NCBI RefSeq assembly: GCF_001194135.2
Contig: NC_068996.1
Span: 54,715,647 to 54,765,006, forward strand
DNA from: Octopus bimaculoides
Lineage: Eukaryota
Direction of reading: 5' to 3'
DNA length: 49,360 nt
This document shows positions 12,400 through 25,555 of the stretch, one piece after another. Within the stretch, counting starts at the first letter, position 1, and each line of letters begins with the position of its first letter. Under the pieces are notes generated by a model, which saw only the letters and a list, made by a program, of their open reading frames with translations, made no database searches and was not told the DNA's origin. The translations under genes and the position numbers were made by a program.

Positions 12400-12910
12400 G
12401 ACCCAGTAAGCCAAGTGAGACCAAAATCCAAGGCTTCTGCCAGGGATGTAACCAGCCCACTTATGCGTTACATTCCTTCTTTGGACACTAAACTCCGCTT
12501 GTGAAGACATGGTGAGGCAAGTGAAATCGAAATCGAAATCGAACTAAATTTGTAGACTGGCACCCATGCCAACATCTTCATTGAACACTAAACTCGGCTT
12601 GCAAAGAACTGTTGGGGCAAGCAAAAGCGAAATCGTGATGGCACCAGAACCAGTAAATCACTAAGAGCACCGTCCGAGCGTGATCGTTGCCAGAGCACCA
12701 GCTGTCTGGCTTTTGTGCCGGTGGCACGTAAAAGCACCCACTACACTCTCGGAGTAGCTGGTGTTAGGAAGGGCATCCAGCTGTAGAAACATTGCCAAAT
12801 CAGATTGGAGCCTGGTGTGGCCATCTGGTTCACCAGTCCTCAGTCAAATCGTCCAACCCATGCTAGCATGGAAAGTGGACGTTAAACAATGATGATGATG
12901 ATGATGATGA
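12400..12910 (+). mobile_element. RTE-family 3' UTR copy with (GAT)n tail
   Basis: Ends aaatcgtccaacccatgctagcatggaaagtggacgttaaacaatgatgatgatgatgatgatgac. Confidence 0.8.
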
Positions 12911-14710
12911 CACTACAACATAACTGACTTCTACTGTATTACGGCAGCTTATGTCACTCTTCACTTTCACCCAAAGCACATGTCTCATCTTACTCTTCCT
13001 CCACTCAGCCTACAAACCGTATTTCACTCTTTAAATGCTATACTGAACACTTTGCCTAACCCTTCATCTTTGAACCAGAACTCTCCGGATATTGCTCTCT
13101 TTGCAACTTTCCCCCCACAGGCTATGGAGCATCAATTGCACTGACCTCACCAGAATAGGAGTACAACAAAGATAATCAGCTTTGCACTCATGAACTCAAG
13201 TTGTTGCACTGTATCACATGTAAAACTGTTGGCTAATACTGTAGCCAACACTACTGAACCCAACAAATCAATGTAGCCAACTGGAAAGACTGAATTCAAC
13301 TAAATGTCAAGTTCCAACTTCTGGATCACACACAAACGTTCAATCACTCAATATCATCAATAGATCTTTAAAGTAGATATGTTTGGATTAACTTAACAAC
13401 TTCAAGATAAGTAAAACATAGTTTTTAATAAATTTAGGAGCAAATATATTAAAGGGAAAACAAGCAGAAATAAAATATTTTGCTTTAACCGAAAGAGCTT
13501 ACAAACTAAGGAAGCCATTGGAAGTATCTCTAAATGGTTGCTTGAACTGCTAGAAATAGCTGGTACATCTCCCTCAAATCACATCCTACCATTTCAAGTA
13601 AGATCTATTGGCTAGTGTAGTCCTTGGTATACAAAAAGGTGAAATTATCAAAACTGGAACAGTTCTGATCATAGTTCTGCTCAAGTGAGGATGAACTGAT
13701 GTGTTTCAAACATAGTCACTGAGAGATTTCTTTTACATCAAGTAACAGACATTCCCCTGTCTATCTTCCTCACTATCAATAAGAATACAATGAATCAGTG
13801 ATCAAGTGGAAGCCTCCAACCAATGATAATGTTTACTTCATATTGTAATTTGCAATATAAAATAAATAAATGAACAATGAGGAGTATTTTGACAAACTAG
13901 ACTATTTGTTGAAGAAATGTTACTTTCAACAACTAATATGCACCAGTTCACATTTCTTTTGTTTATATTTTCCATCCAATTCATGTCAGAGAACACTAAC
14001 AATCACTAACCTTCCAGCTTTTGAGAATATCTTTAATAGGCTTTCATCTCATTACATAGATTAATTAGTTTATAGAATCAATTATTCAATTACCAATCAT
14101 GCTAATGAATAGGTGTAGATTTTAGAAAAGAATATTTAGTTAAAACTTTAAGCTATATATGGTAAATTTTATAAAGATTTAAAACACAAAATTTTACTCA
14201 GAGAGAAAAAGAAAGCACAAATGCTCCTCCATACTTAGGCAACACACCCTGCAGTTTGCTGGTTTTCTGTCAAGTCATCCTACATATACTTGCATGGAAA
14301 GCAGATGTTAAATGATAATGATGATGATGATGATGATGATTTCGACAACAAAAGATAAACATTATTCATATTTCAGTAATAAAATAAACAATAAAGAAAA
14401 CAGAAATACTACTCACATTTCAACTGCATATAAAAAAAACAAAACATGAAAACTAAATTATAATTCATATCAAGATAACATTGTCACATCACACCTGCTT
14501 TAAACATGAACTAGACACAATATGAGCCGCCGAGGTTACAGCAAATGCTGGGCTTCGTTATCACCAAGAATCTCTCCTCACAAAAGCACACACACAATAG
14601 AGTTGAGGCTGCATCTCAGAACCAGAAAAAATTTCAGTCTCCCAACAATTACTGACACACTACAAAAGCTCAAACGAATCTCACAATGGAGTATTGCTCT
14701 CATGTTTAGG

Positions 14711-14711
<1 letters not shown>

Positions 14712-14789
<78 letters not shown>
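14712..14789. repeat. (CA)n microsatellite
   Basis: Uninterrupted CA run; it produces the THTH/CVCV ORFs in the track. Confidence 0.98.
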
Positions 14790-14797
<8 letters not shown>

Positions 14798-15380
14798 ATC
14801 CTAGACTGCTTCTAAAAAAGAACCCCTAACTGATTGGCATAATATCACTGACAGACTCTCCAACTTCTGTCATTTCTCTCTGTCTTTTCTACCACAAATT
14901 TAGTGGCCTCCACTCCTCAAAGCTAGCTAATCCTATGCCACTTCCACTCTGGCATTTCCAGTACATCCATCTCTCCTCCTCCTCCTTCTCCTCCTAAAAC
15001 CATGGATTTGTCAGACCTCACAATGCCCAGCACTAACACTCAGTCCTTAGGGCTAACATTGGAACCAGAAACAGGCATAAGAAATGTTATGTCATGTTTT
15101 GTATGAAAAACATAATCAACCAATGTTGGACAATTTGTTTGTTTGTTGATCAAAAGTGTTCTCCATTTTCTGATTATTTAAATTTGATTCCTGATAAACT
15201 TTTGTTTATTCTCTTGTTACCTGTACCCTAGGAGCATTGTGTACCTGCATACCCTTGCCCAGGATAGCATAGGTAATTGACACCGATAGTAAATATGGAT
15301 ACTATTATCCCTTAGATGGTTACTACAACCGTTAACTCTACTTACCTTTATATATACATATATAATTACAAATATATATG

Positions 15381-15428
<48 letters not shown>

Positions 15429-15743
15429 NNNNNNNNNNNNNNNNNNNNNNNNNNNNNNNNNNNNNNNNNNNNNNNNNNNNNNNNNNNNNNNNNNNNNNNN
15501 NNNNNNNNNNNNNNNNNNNNNNNNNNNNNNNNNNNNNNNNNNNNNNNNNNNNNNNNNNNNNNNNNNNNNNNNNNNNNNNNNNNNNNNNNNNNNNNNNNNN
15601 NNNNNNNNNNNNNNNNNNNNNNNNNNNNNNNNNNNNNNNNNNNNNNNNNNNNNNNNNNNNNNNNNNNNNNNNNNNNNNNNNNNNNNNNNNNNNNNNNNNN
15701 NNNNNNNNNNNNNNNNNNNNNNNNNNNNNNNNNNNNNNNNNNN

Positions 15744-16125
15744 TGTTTCAGTCATTTGACTGTGGCCATGCTGGAGCACCACCTTTAGTTGAGCAAATCG
15801 ACCGCAGGACTTATTCTTTGGAAGCCTAGTACTTATTCTATCGGTCTCTTTTGCCAAACCGCTAAGTTACGGGGAAAAACACATCAGCATTGGTTGTCAA
15901 GCGATGTTGGGGGGACAAACACAGACTCACAAACACACACATACATATATATATATACATATATACGACAGGCTTCTTTCAGTTTCCGTCTACCAAATCC
16001 ACTCACAAGGCTTTGGTCGGCCCAAGGCTATAGTAGAAGACACTTGCCCAAGTTGCCACGCAGTGGGACTGAACCCGGAACCATGTGGTTGGTAAGCAAG
16101 CTACTTACCACACAGCCACTCCTAC
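15744..16125 (-). mobile_element. tRNA-derived SINE, complete copy
   Basis: Tail tgtttcagtcatttgactgtggccatgctggagcacc, internal (CA)/(TA), and head ending ...gggactgaacccggaaccatgtggttggtaagcaagctacttaccacacagcc (reverse B box). Confidence 0.85.
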
Positions 16126-17432
16126 TCCTATTTCATAATTAAACTTTGATATTTAGCATTCATGTTATTTAAATATCCTCAAAACCATGTCAAAAATACA
16201 GAATAAGATATTTTTCTCAAATTATGAGAATGTACCATCATTGATGCATATGGCAGTTGCGTGGAGTTTGTGATGAACCACCAGTGGTACATGTGGCAGT
16301 TAACATGTCTGACTGCATCTAGTAAATATTTCTTTTTCCCCTCCAGTACTTTTTGACTTCATCTTGACCTTATTCTTAACTTCAGTAGATCATAGCTACC
16401 AGCATTGCTTCCCAGATTAAAAAATACATATATACTCAATTCTGATGTCTCTGTTGGTCTGAAAAGAAAGAACAGTGCATCTTATTTTATAGATCAAATT
16501 TGTTTCTTTGTTTTCCAACAACACTGATACTGGCTCTCCTAAAATCAATTATCTGTAAAGAAAGCAAAATGACAGTTTCACTCAAAACAAGAAATACTGT
16601 CAAATAACTGGTTGTACTGTTACGATATTGATGCAGACAATTAGTTGAAACCTATCTATAATTATCCATGCTATACTGTATTAACTCTTTCCAAGTTATT
16701 CAGATTAAAGTAAAAATATCTGAGATTAGAATTTAACCATCAGAACTTTTACTCTAATACTATAAAATTACCAACACTTTTTCACAAAACTTCTCTCTAA
16801 CTAAGCCGTTAAGCAGATATGGATATTATAAAAAACATAACTGAAACACCTTGTAATTAATTTGTCTGTGTCAGAATATTACACATTAGACCTTAACAAA
16901 TAGAAAACTAACAACACATTACATAAAAAGCTTCTTAAATGTTATTAAAAATTTCACAGCAAATGTGAATTACAGTGGAACCTGTTTGTCAGTCAGGCAA
17001 GCTAAGATGAATAGAATTGTGTGTTACATAGAGGTATAACGTATTATTTCTAACGTGGTTTCAACTCCTTTATGAACAATAGTCCTTTAGTTCATTACAA
17101 CTGAGCTTCAATCTCACAAGGAAGAATATTTCTGTGAATCTCTAGCTGTCAGCTTTTAGTTTTTGTTGCTCTTTAGTCCCAAGTGACCCTATCTTGGTAT
17201 ACATTATACACTGCGTTTCTCCTTTAAGATGGTAAAGTGGAATCTGAGTGAAATTTGGCTGTTATTTCTAGCAGGTCAAGCAAATACATATAGGATCTCT
17301 CATTAGCTCAACTAATTAGTTAAATGATAATGGAGGCATACAAAATAATCGAAACATCTTCCATCCAGCCAACTTGTGTTTCAAGAAACAGGAAATACTT
17401 GAATTTACACTTTTTGAAACAATAACAACAGC

Positions 17433-17454
17433 AACCACCACCACCACCACCACC

Positions 17455-17488
<34 letters not shown>

Positions 17489-17534
17489 CCATCATCACCA
17501 TCCTCATCATCATTATCATCATCACCATCATCAT
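17433..17534. repeat. Compound (CAC)n(CAT)n microsatellite grown from a LINE/SINE tail
   Basis: Directly abuts tttaacggctgttttccatgctggcatgagttggac, the reversed family 3' end. Confidence 0.9.
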
Positions 17535-17626
17535 TTAACGGCTGTTTTCCATGCTGGCATGAGTTGGACAGCTCCAGAGAACAAAAAGGTTATAGAACTA
17601 AATAGAAACAAATAAAATTGAATTAC

Positions 17627-17786
17627 CAAGTGAGGCCAAAAGAACAGCCATACATATAAAAATCACAGCTGTTGTCATTGTAATAACATATAGAATTATT
17701 TCTAAAGTAGGCAGTGGAGCATGTAGACCTCGGGCATAGTAAGACACTTGCTTCAAAGTTGTAGGGTCCAAATGACTCATTGTGAT
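17627..17786 (-). CDS. Best candidate host exon; encodes a predicted transmembrane segment
   Basis: Strong acceptor ttattttacttctaatttcag| and donor TTG|gtaatt, 160 nt. Frame 0 reads ITMSHLDPTTLKQVSYYARGLHAPLPTLEIILYVITMTTAVIFICMAVLLASL, with a ~24-residue hydrophobic run. Its phase-1 end fits the 10312 exon. A second frame is also open. Protein not recognised. Confidence 0.55.
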
Positions 17787-17875
17787 CTGAAATTAGAAGT
17801 AAAATAACAAAATTAGGATTATAAAATAAAATTAACAAAATTATATTGTTTTTTAAAATACATTCAAAATAATTA

Positions 17876-18036
17876 CCGTATTTTAACATGGGTAAGGAAC
17901 CCTTTTTTGTCAAAAATTAGGTTAAAAAATATGAGAGTTTCTTATACATGGATAGTATTATAATCCTTTACAAAAGCTTTTTTCCAAATTTTAAGCCCAA
18001 GAAATTAGGGAGATCCTTATACACGTTAAAATACAG
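17876..18036. mobile_element. Short TA-flanked MITE (Tc1/mariner/pogo-like)
   Basis: TA|CCGTATTTTAACATGGGTAAGG ... CCTTATACACGTTAAAATACAG|TA: ~22-bp imperfect TIRs with TA on both sides. Confidence 0.6.
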
Positions 18037-18350
18037 TAAACGCATTTTCCCAAAATATATTATGGAGTCGTTGTTGTTGGATATGTATTTACTGGGTTTT
18101 TTTAGAAAAATACTGTCATTTCTGATGTTTAACCCATCTGTCTTACTTTCCAATCACTACAGAAAGCAATTATATTCCCCATCACTTTCAGGTATTGCAT
18201 ACACTTGTTTTGTTTTGTTTTTGTCTCTGTCACTATGGCCTTAATATGACCTCAAGAAATAAGGCAGTGGAAAGGTAGAATCATTAACAAGTTGGATAAA
18301 CTGATTAGTGACATTTCATCCAGCTCTTTATGTTTTGGGGTTATATGCAA

Positions 18351-18390
<40 letters not shown>

Positions 18391-18826
18391 AAAAAAATTA
18401 AAAACATAAAAATAAAAACAGAACACAAAGGATTCCGCAGTACACGTGTTTCAAGTTTTATAGTCGTTGCATCATTATATTGGTATATAATTGATAGACA
18501 GAATGGTATAAAGCTATCTTCAGCAGCAAATATATTCTTTCCCAATACTTGGGTTTACGTCCCTGTATCTTAGAGGTTCGGCAAAAGACACCGATAAAAC
18601 AAACACCACAATTACTTAAGAAAGAAAATAAATACTAGGGTTTATCTGTTCGAATAAAATTCCCCAAAGGCAGAGCTCCGGCATGGCCGCAGTCAGATAA
18701 CTGAAAGAAGCAGGAGATGATAATGCNNNNNNNNNNNNNNNNNNNNNNNNNNNNNNNNNNNNNNNNNNNNNNNNNNNNNNNNNNNNNNNNNNNNNNNNNN
18801 NNNNNNNNNNNNNNNNNNNNNNNNNN

Positions 18827-19237
18827 CCTTCGAATGAGAGCATGTATCCCTGCCCTGTAAAATTCTGTTGACTGTTTTTGAGCTACTTCTTCATTACAGT
18901 TTTCACTTCCTTGTCACTGGAATAATGTTTGCCTCTCGAACTCTCTTTCATGGGGCTGAAGAGATGATAGTCCAGTGATAATGATAGTCTAGTGACAAGG
19001 AAGTGAAAACTGTAGTGAAGAAGTGGCTCAAAGAACAGTCAACAGAATTTTATGGGGCAGGGATACATGCTCTCATTCGAAGGTGGGACATCGCTATTAA
19101 GAGAAACGGTGACTATGTTGAGAAGTAGGGATGTGATCCACAAAGGACCAGCTTCATTTTGACGGATGATACATGTTCCTGTGCTGGTAATTATACCTGT
19201 CCTAAACAAAATGGCATTACTTTTTGACTCACCCTAG
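18827..19237. mobile_element. Mariner derivative with two 3' ends in inverted orientation; left end lost in an N gap
   Basis: Plus strand reads SDKEVKTVVKKWLKEQSTEFYGAGIHALIRRWDIAIKRNGDYVEK*, with a TIR-like end ...tttttgactcacccta|gta. The minus strand of 18827-18972 reads DYHLFSPMKESSRGKHYSSDKEVKT...IHALIRR. Confidence 0.85.
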
Positions 19238-19411
19238 TATATCCTCATCATCGTTTAACGTCCGCTTTCCATGCTAGCATGGGTTGGACAATTTGACTGA
19301 GTAAGGTGATGCTGGTAATGATCACACTCAAATGGTGCTATTTACGTGCCACTGGCACAGAAGCCACACGGCTGCTCTGACAATGATCACATTCGGACAG
19401 TGCTGTTAGCA

Positions 19412-19450
<39 letters not shown>

Positions 19451-19864
19451 AATGATATATAAATATATGCATATATCCATACATATATGTACATACCTAC
19501 ATATATATGTATACATATAAATGCATATATATTGGTACAGGACATCAAAAAAACATTAAACACAATGAGAAACGAAAACATAGAAAACGAACTTTTTTCG
19601 AACAACGAAAAAACAAAACAGAGAAACGAGACATGCAACATAAAGAGTATACCCCTTCATCAGTTGTCCCTGTACCATCTACTCCGCGTTTCAAAGGCAA
19701 GGACAATATGCATCTTCATTGGAACAGTCTTTCCCGCAAAGGACGGTGAGAACAAACAGAGAGGGCTATATATATATAAAATACACTGCTTTATTTTGAG
19801 TTTGCTAGTGGTAACAATACTCGCAAATAAAATACAGACTGGAGATGTGGTGCTCCAAGTGAGC

Positions 19865-20532
19865 TATATTCCACTTAATAATTTCAATGGAGGCAATGCA
19901 ATCAGAAACTAGAGGAACATAATTAATAACCACATTCGAAAATCAAATATATATATATATATATATTCTTTTACATTTATAAAATGGAAATAAAATTTCC
20001 AAATACATAAATATAAAAATACACATAAATAGATAAATATTGATGTGATACATAAAACACAGTGAATTTACATTTAAAAGTTATAATTTATATAATAAAC
20101 ATATTTATTTTATTTTTATTTTTATTTTTGTTTTTCGTATATTGTGTGAAAACATCCTAATGAGGGGAGTGTCAGTTTTAAAAATATGAAACATATCATA
20201 TTACTTGGCACGTCTCTGAATTTTTGAATTTTTGTATTATTCTTGTGATATTTTTAGTATATCCTTTTAATACTTTATCAACTCAAATTTTTATTATATA
20301 TATTATAACTTTTAAATATATTATAACTTTTAAATGTAAATTCACTGTGTTTTATATATCACATTGATATTTATCTATTTATGTGTATCGTTATATTTTT
20401 GTATTTAGAAATTTTATTTCCGTTCTATAAATAAATGTAGAAGAATGTATGTATGTATTTAATTTTCAAATGTAGTTATTAATGATGTTCCTCTAATTTC
20501 CGCTTGTATTGCCTCCATTGAAATTATTAAGT

Positions 20533-20536
<4 letters not shown>
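19865..20536. repeat. AT-rich inverted repeat, ~240-bp arms, unclassified element
   Basis: 19865-~20097 (ccacttaataatttcaatggaggcaat...gtgaatttacatttaaaagttataa) pairs with ~20290-20536; spacer ~190 nt. Confidence 0.85.
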
Positions 20537-20573
<37 letters not shown>

Positions 20574-20774
20574 NNNNNNNNNNAGAAGTTGATACTAATC
20601 AATTAGAACCAGTGGTCTAGCATATTAAAAAAATCCGAAGATTAAAATTATATTACATACAAAAATAAGAGGAATGACCAGCAAAAGTGGACTCCTATAT
20701 GCTAGAAATAGATGCCGAATCATCTAACCACGAAAAAAATATATATGTTCTCAGTAAAAATTCAGCGACACAAC

Positions 20775-21835
20775 GTTCGCTTTCCATGTTAGCATGGGTT
20801 GGACGATTTGAATGAGGACTAGTGAAACCAGATGGCTACACCAGGCTCCAATCTGATCTGGCAGAGTTTCTACAGCTGGATGCCCTTCCTAATGCCAACC
20901 ACTCCAAGAGTGCAGTGGGTGCTTTTACGTGCCACTGGCACGAGAGCCAGTCGAGTGGTACTGGCAACAGCTGCGCTCAAGTGGTGTTTTTTATGTACCA
21001 CCTGCACAGGAGCCAGTCCAGCGACACTGGCAACAACCTCACTCAAATGTTTTTCACGTGCCACCGGCACAAATGCCAGTAAGGCGACACTGGTAACAAA
21101 CACATTCGAATGGTGCTTTTTACATGCCACCAGCACGGAAGCCGGTCAGCTGCTCTTAGCGCTCCATTGGCACGGGTGCCAGTCATCGAATTTGCGAATT
21201 TGATATGATTTCAATTTCACTTGCCTCAACAAGTCTTCGCAAGCAAAGTTTAGTGTCCAACGAAAGAAAGCATAAGTAGGATGGTTACACCACTGGCATA
21301 GGCCACGTGTTATGGTCTCACTTGACTTGCTGGGTCTTCTCACGCACAGCATACTTCCAAAGGTCTCGGTCACAAGTCATTGCCTCGGTGAGACCTAATG
21401 TTCGAAGGTCGTGCTTCACCACCTCATCCCAGGTCTTCCTGGGTCTACCTCTTCCACGGATTCCCTCAACTGTTAGGGTGTGGCACTTTTTCACACAGCT
21501 ATCTTCATCCATTCTCGCCACATGACCATACCAGCGCAATCGTCTCTCTTGCACACCACAACTGATGCTTCTTATGTTCAGTTTTTCTCTCAAGATACTT
21601 ACACTCTGTCGAGTATGCACACTGACATTACACATCCAGCGGAGCATACTGNNNNNNNNNNNNNNNNNNNNNNNNNNNNNNNNNNNNNNNNNNNNNNNNN
21701 NNNNNNNNNNCCATATAGCATGGCTGTTCATACACATGCGTCACATAGTCTGCCTTTTACTCTGAGCGAGAGGCCCTTTGTCACCAGCAGGGGTAAGAGC
21801 TCTCTAAACTTTGCCCAGGCTATTCTTATTCTAGC
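20775..21835 (-). mobile_element. 5'-truncated RTE-type LINE (RT C-terminus plus 3' UTR)
   Basis: ORF 21318-21737 contains MLRWMCNVSVHTRQSVSILREKL...RWYGHVARMDEDSCVKKC...RGRPRKTWDEVVKHDLR; the family 3' UTR follows leftwards. Confidence 0.9.
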
Positions 21836-22214
21836 AGCTATTCTTATTCTAGACATATACCCCATTATTATTATTAGAAGGAAGTACTGAGGGTAGGTGA
21901 CAGAATAGTGTTACTTCTGAATAAGATTAGCTTTGGTGAGATGTTGTCCAAGTTTGTCTCACAACATGCCATATCTGGTGGAAGCTACTTACTGTGATCT
22001 TCAATAACTATAACCAATAGTTTATAATATCGATAAAGAGTTTGGGATTAACTAATTTTAATAACAATAATTAGTCGATAATGTCATCCATGATTACAAT
22101 AAACAGTCTGCACAGTGTGTGTTGATACAGTGAAGTTGTTAGTTACCAACAAACTACTCCATTTTGCAGTTACTCATTTGGAGAAAACCTTTAACAAAGT
22201 TTCTTGCTCTGTAA

Positions 22215-23010
22215 ATTACAGAGTTCTGAGGAACGTTGATATAGATAAATGGTGACAATCATTCAAGGTCAGATTCATAAGGAAGTTCAGTCAAGAATTT
22301 AGTGTACAGGTCAATACACACCCAGGTTCTTTTTCCTAAATCCTTTAATAAAGTTCTCTCGGTTGTAACATAAAAGTTGAAAATTGGTTGTTTTGGGGAA
22401 CTTTTATATACTGATCTGGTTTCTAGAGAATAAGCAGTCAACAAATTGCAAAATAAGTTCCAAGTTTGGAAAATAATCCTAGAATCCATAGATTTAAAGT
22501 TCATGAAAGCAAGAACCAAAGTGTTAGTTGGTAGAATAAGTAAAAAGCTCCAGTGATTATATACATGACATGTACGGAAGAGAGTAGGTAGAAATTTAGT
22601 ATACTAAAGATTGTGTACTCAGTGAGAAAAATGCAGGATGAGAGAGTAATTGAGGACGAGGTCTTCAGATGAGATGTATAAAAGGAGTTAAAAGTAGAAG
22701 CACTTATGAATTGCTTAGATAGTTCATTAGATATAGTTGACAGTTCCCGTTAAATAGTTAATGTAGTTGGAAGTCGCAGTAGGGAAACTATAGTTGCTAC
22801 AATATGAAAAGAATAGAAAAGATCCAGTAACAAGGGGTCTCTCTGCCCCTTCCTCCACTCCTTCTCTCTATTCCCTCCCGCCTCTCTCTCTTTTCATGTA
22901 AATGGTAGAATATACAAAGCTTTCTATGGCCTTGAATGTGGATGATCTGTTGAAGCTGGAGAGACATGAAACAAGCATGGTTTATTATATGTGAAAGATT
23001 ATTTTGCATG
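22215..23010 (+). mobile_element. Highly decayed RTE RT remnant
   Basis: Degenerate SEEFSVQV..HQG and FQVWK..LES..LKV..A.TKVLV text on the plus strand. Confidence 0.55.
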
Positions 23011-23533
23011 AAAAACAAAGAGTACAATAAACTGACACGTTCACTAAACATAGTAAATATCTTTCAATGTGAGACAAGTTATGTTGGAACAATACAACCG
23101 TATATATTTATCTCACATATGATGCAAATAAATAATGAATACTGAGTAAAAAAGAAAAAGAGTTGCTTATACAACCTGTAGAACAGCAAAGAAAGTATGG
23201 AAGCTGTTTTACCAGTTCTCATGCAACAAGGCCTTTCAGATGAGATGTCAAAAGAACAAGTATGTGAGAATGGTTTCTAGACCATTAGGAAGGTTAATGA
23301 TAATATTTATGTTAACTTTTTTCTATTTTGACACATCTACTACTCTATATGTATGTCTAAAGCAACTGTGCAGAAATGTAATACATTTTGTATCAAGAAA
23401 TTCTAACTAAATAAGAATGATGTTGGTCAGTGCATATTCCAAGTATATCTAATTTTAAAATGAGTTTATGTGGAAAATTTTAAAGATTTTAAAAATTAAT
23501 AACGTATTTTATGTATCCAAAATATAAATCAAA

Positions 23534-23914
23534 TTGTTGGCACTCCGTCGCTTACGACATCGAGGGTTCCAGTTGATCCGATCAATGGAACAGCCTGCTC
23601 GTGAAATTAACGTGCAAGTGACTGAGCACTCCACAGACACGTGTACTCTTAACATAATTCTCGGGGATATTCAGCGTGACACAGTGTGACAAGGCTGACC
23701 CTTTGAAATACAGGTACAACAGAAACAGGAAGTAAGAGTGAGAGAAAGTTGTGGTGAAAGAGTACAGCAGGGTTCGCCACCATCCCCTGCCGGAGCCTCG
23801 TGGAGCTTTTTTAGGTGTTTTCGCTCAATAAACACTCACAACGCCCAGTCTGGGAATCGAAACCGCAATCCTATGACCGCGAGTGCGCTGCCCTAACCAC
23901 TGGGCCACTGCGCC
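23534..23914 (-). mobile_element. Young tRNA-derived SINE, third family
   Basis: Minus-strand head GGCGCAGTGGCCCAGTGGTTAGGGCAGCGCACTCGCGGTCATAGGATTGCGGTTTCGATTCCCAG, with A box at 23897-23907 and B box at 23853-23864. CpGs largely retained. Confidence 0.85.
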
Positions 23915-25046
23915 NNNNNNNNNNNNNNNNNNNNNNNNNNNNNNNNNNNNNNNNNNNNNNNNNNNNNNNNNNNNNNNNNNNNNNNNNNNNNNNNNNNNNN
24001 NNNNNNNNNNNNNNNNNNNNNNNNNNNNNNNNNNNNNNNNNNNNNNNNNNNNNNNNNNNNNNNNNNNNNNNNNNNNNNNNNNNNNNNNNNNNNNNNNNNN
24101 NNNNNNNNNNNNNNNNNNNNNNNNNNNNNNNNNNNNNNNNATCTGTAATTCTTTAACTTCAGCATTTTTTTCATGAGAAATTAGAAATTAACTCATTATA
24201 AGAGGATTCTAAATTAGTGCTATTAAAAATCACATATAAATCCTTCTATTGACTTTCTTAATTAAAGAAATGCTGGAATGGCACATAAACAATTTTACAA
24301 GCTTCTTTCATTGTCAGAAAAATGGTTGCCATATATAGTGATTCTCAGTTCTATATTTAAGAGATGAGGAATTATTTACATTATTTACATTTGATGGATA
24401 TGTTGCTTGTTAACAACAAACAAGATGAGGACAAATACCTGTCAAATGTAAATAATGTAAATAATGTAAATAATGTATAATGATTCTTATTCCAATTTTA
24501 GTAATGTTAATCAATTTACAAGACATTCAAAAATCAAAAATCTGTAAAGACTCATTATTTAAATCCATGCTTATAGCTACTAAATTTCTTGTGGTTTTTA
24601 TCCACAAGATGTATTCTCGCAAACTATGAATTATAAACCATAATTAAATATTTTAAAATAGCATTATAAATTAACAATTTAAAGTATGATTATAAATTGT
24701 TTTTGATTTAGAGTTGTTCTCTCATTAATTTATTAATTTTTATATTGAGTTTCATTATTTCTACATGTTGTATTTTGCAGCATGGAAGACCACCCACCTC
24801 CCCAATCAACTATATAAACACAGGTGCTTATATGCACCATGAGTCCTCATGCAAGGGTCTTGTCTTGTAAATTATTTCGTCACCTCACTGCTGCTCATTC
24901 CACATAAAAAGTACCTAGTATGTCCTGTAGAATGGTTAGTGTTTGGAAGGGCATCTGGTTGTAGAAACGATGCCAAAACAGACAGTGAAGCTTGGCATAA
25001 TTCTCTGACTTGCCAGCTCCTGTCAAACCATCCAATCCAAGCCAGT

Positions 25047-25097
<51 letters not shown>

Positions 25098-25520
25098 GTG
25101 ATGATTGATAGATATAGAGATAGATAGATAGATAGATATATACATATATATACACTCACACATGCATACACACATATATAACAAGATGAACATGAATGGG
25201 GAATAGCAGATCTTTCAATAGATGATTACACCGTATACATTACCAACTTATCGTTTCTGTTGAGCCAGCAGATTTAGATATAGAAAGAAAGTAGAAAAAC
25301 TACCAATCAGTCCAATATATCTGAAAATTTGGGATTTCTTGAAATTCTTCAAAGCAATCTTCTGGATTTACTTCTCGTTGATGAGGATGCTAATTATTCT
25401 ATTTGAATTTATTGGTATCTGATTGTTTGATGTAGTTAAGCAAGTTTGATTAACCAATGAGTGCTTTCTGGATATCAGCCGGCATCATCTATTTATCCCT
25501 TTTAACCTTTCTCATGTGCA

Positions 25521-25555
<35 letters not shown>

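Noticed and set aside
13496-13515. 3-nt microexon pattern (cttccttag|TTT|gtaagc) on the minus strand
   Set aside because: It overlaps the edge of a repeat and shows how easily such patterns arise by chance.
16420-16560. Two strong minus-strand acceptors (ctttctttacag, ctttcttttcag)
   Set aside because: No convincing donor follows, and the frame compatible with the upstream exon stops within a few codons.
17316-17534. Poly-M/V/H/D/I ORFs (also 9575-9943, 24849-25171, 14522-14815)
   Set aside because: Translations of (CAT)n, (CAC)n, (CA)n and (TA)n microsatellites.
19640-19720. Second hammerhead candidate on the minus strand (CTGTTC...GAAACGCG GAGTAG...CTGATGAAG)
   Set aside because: As type I the core reads CAAUGA and lacks the UH cleavage site. 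As type II, stem I does not pair. Not callable from this copy.
22259-22519. 86-aa minus-strand ORF that looks protein-like
   Set aside because: It is the antisense of a decayed plus-strand RTE RT segment.
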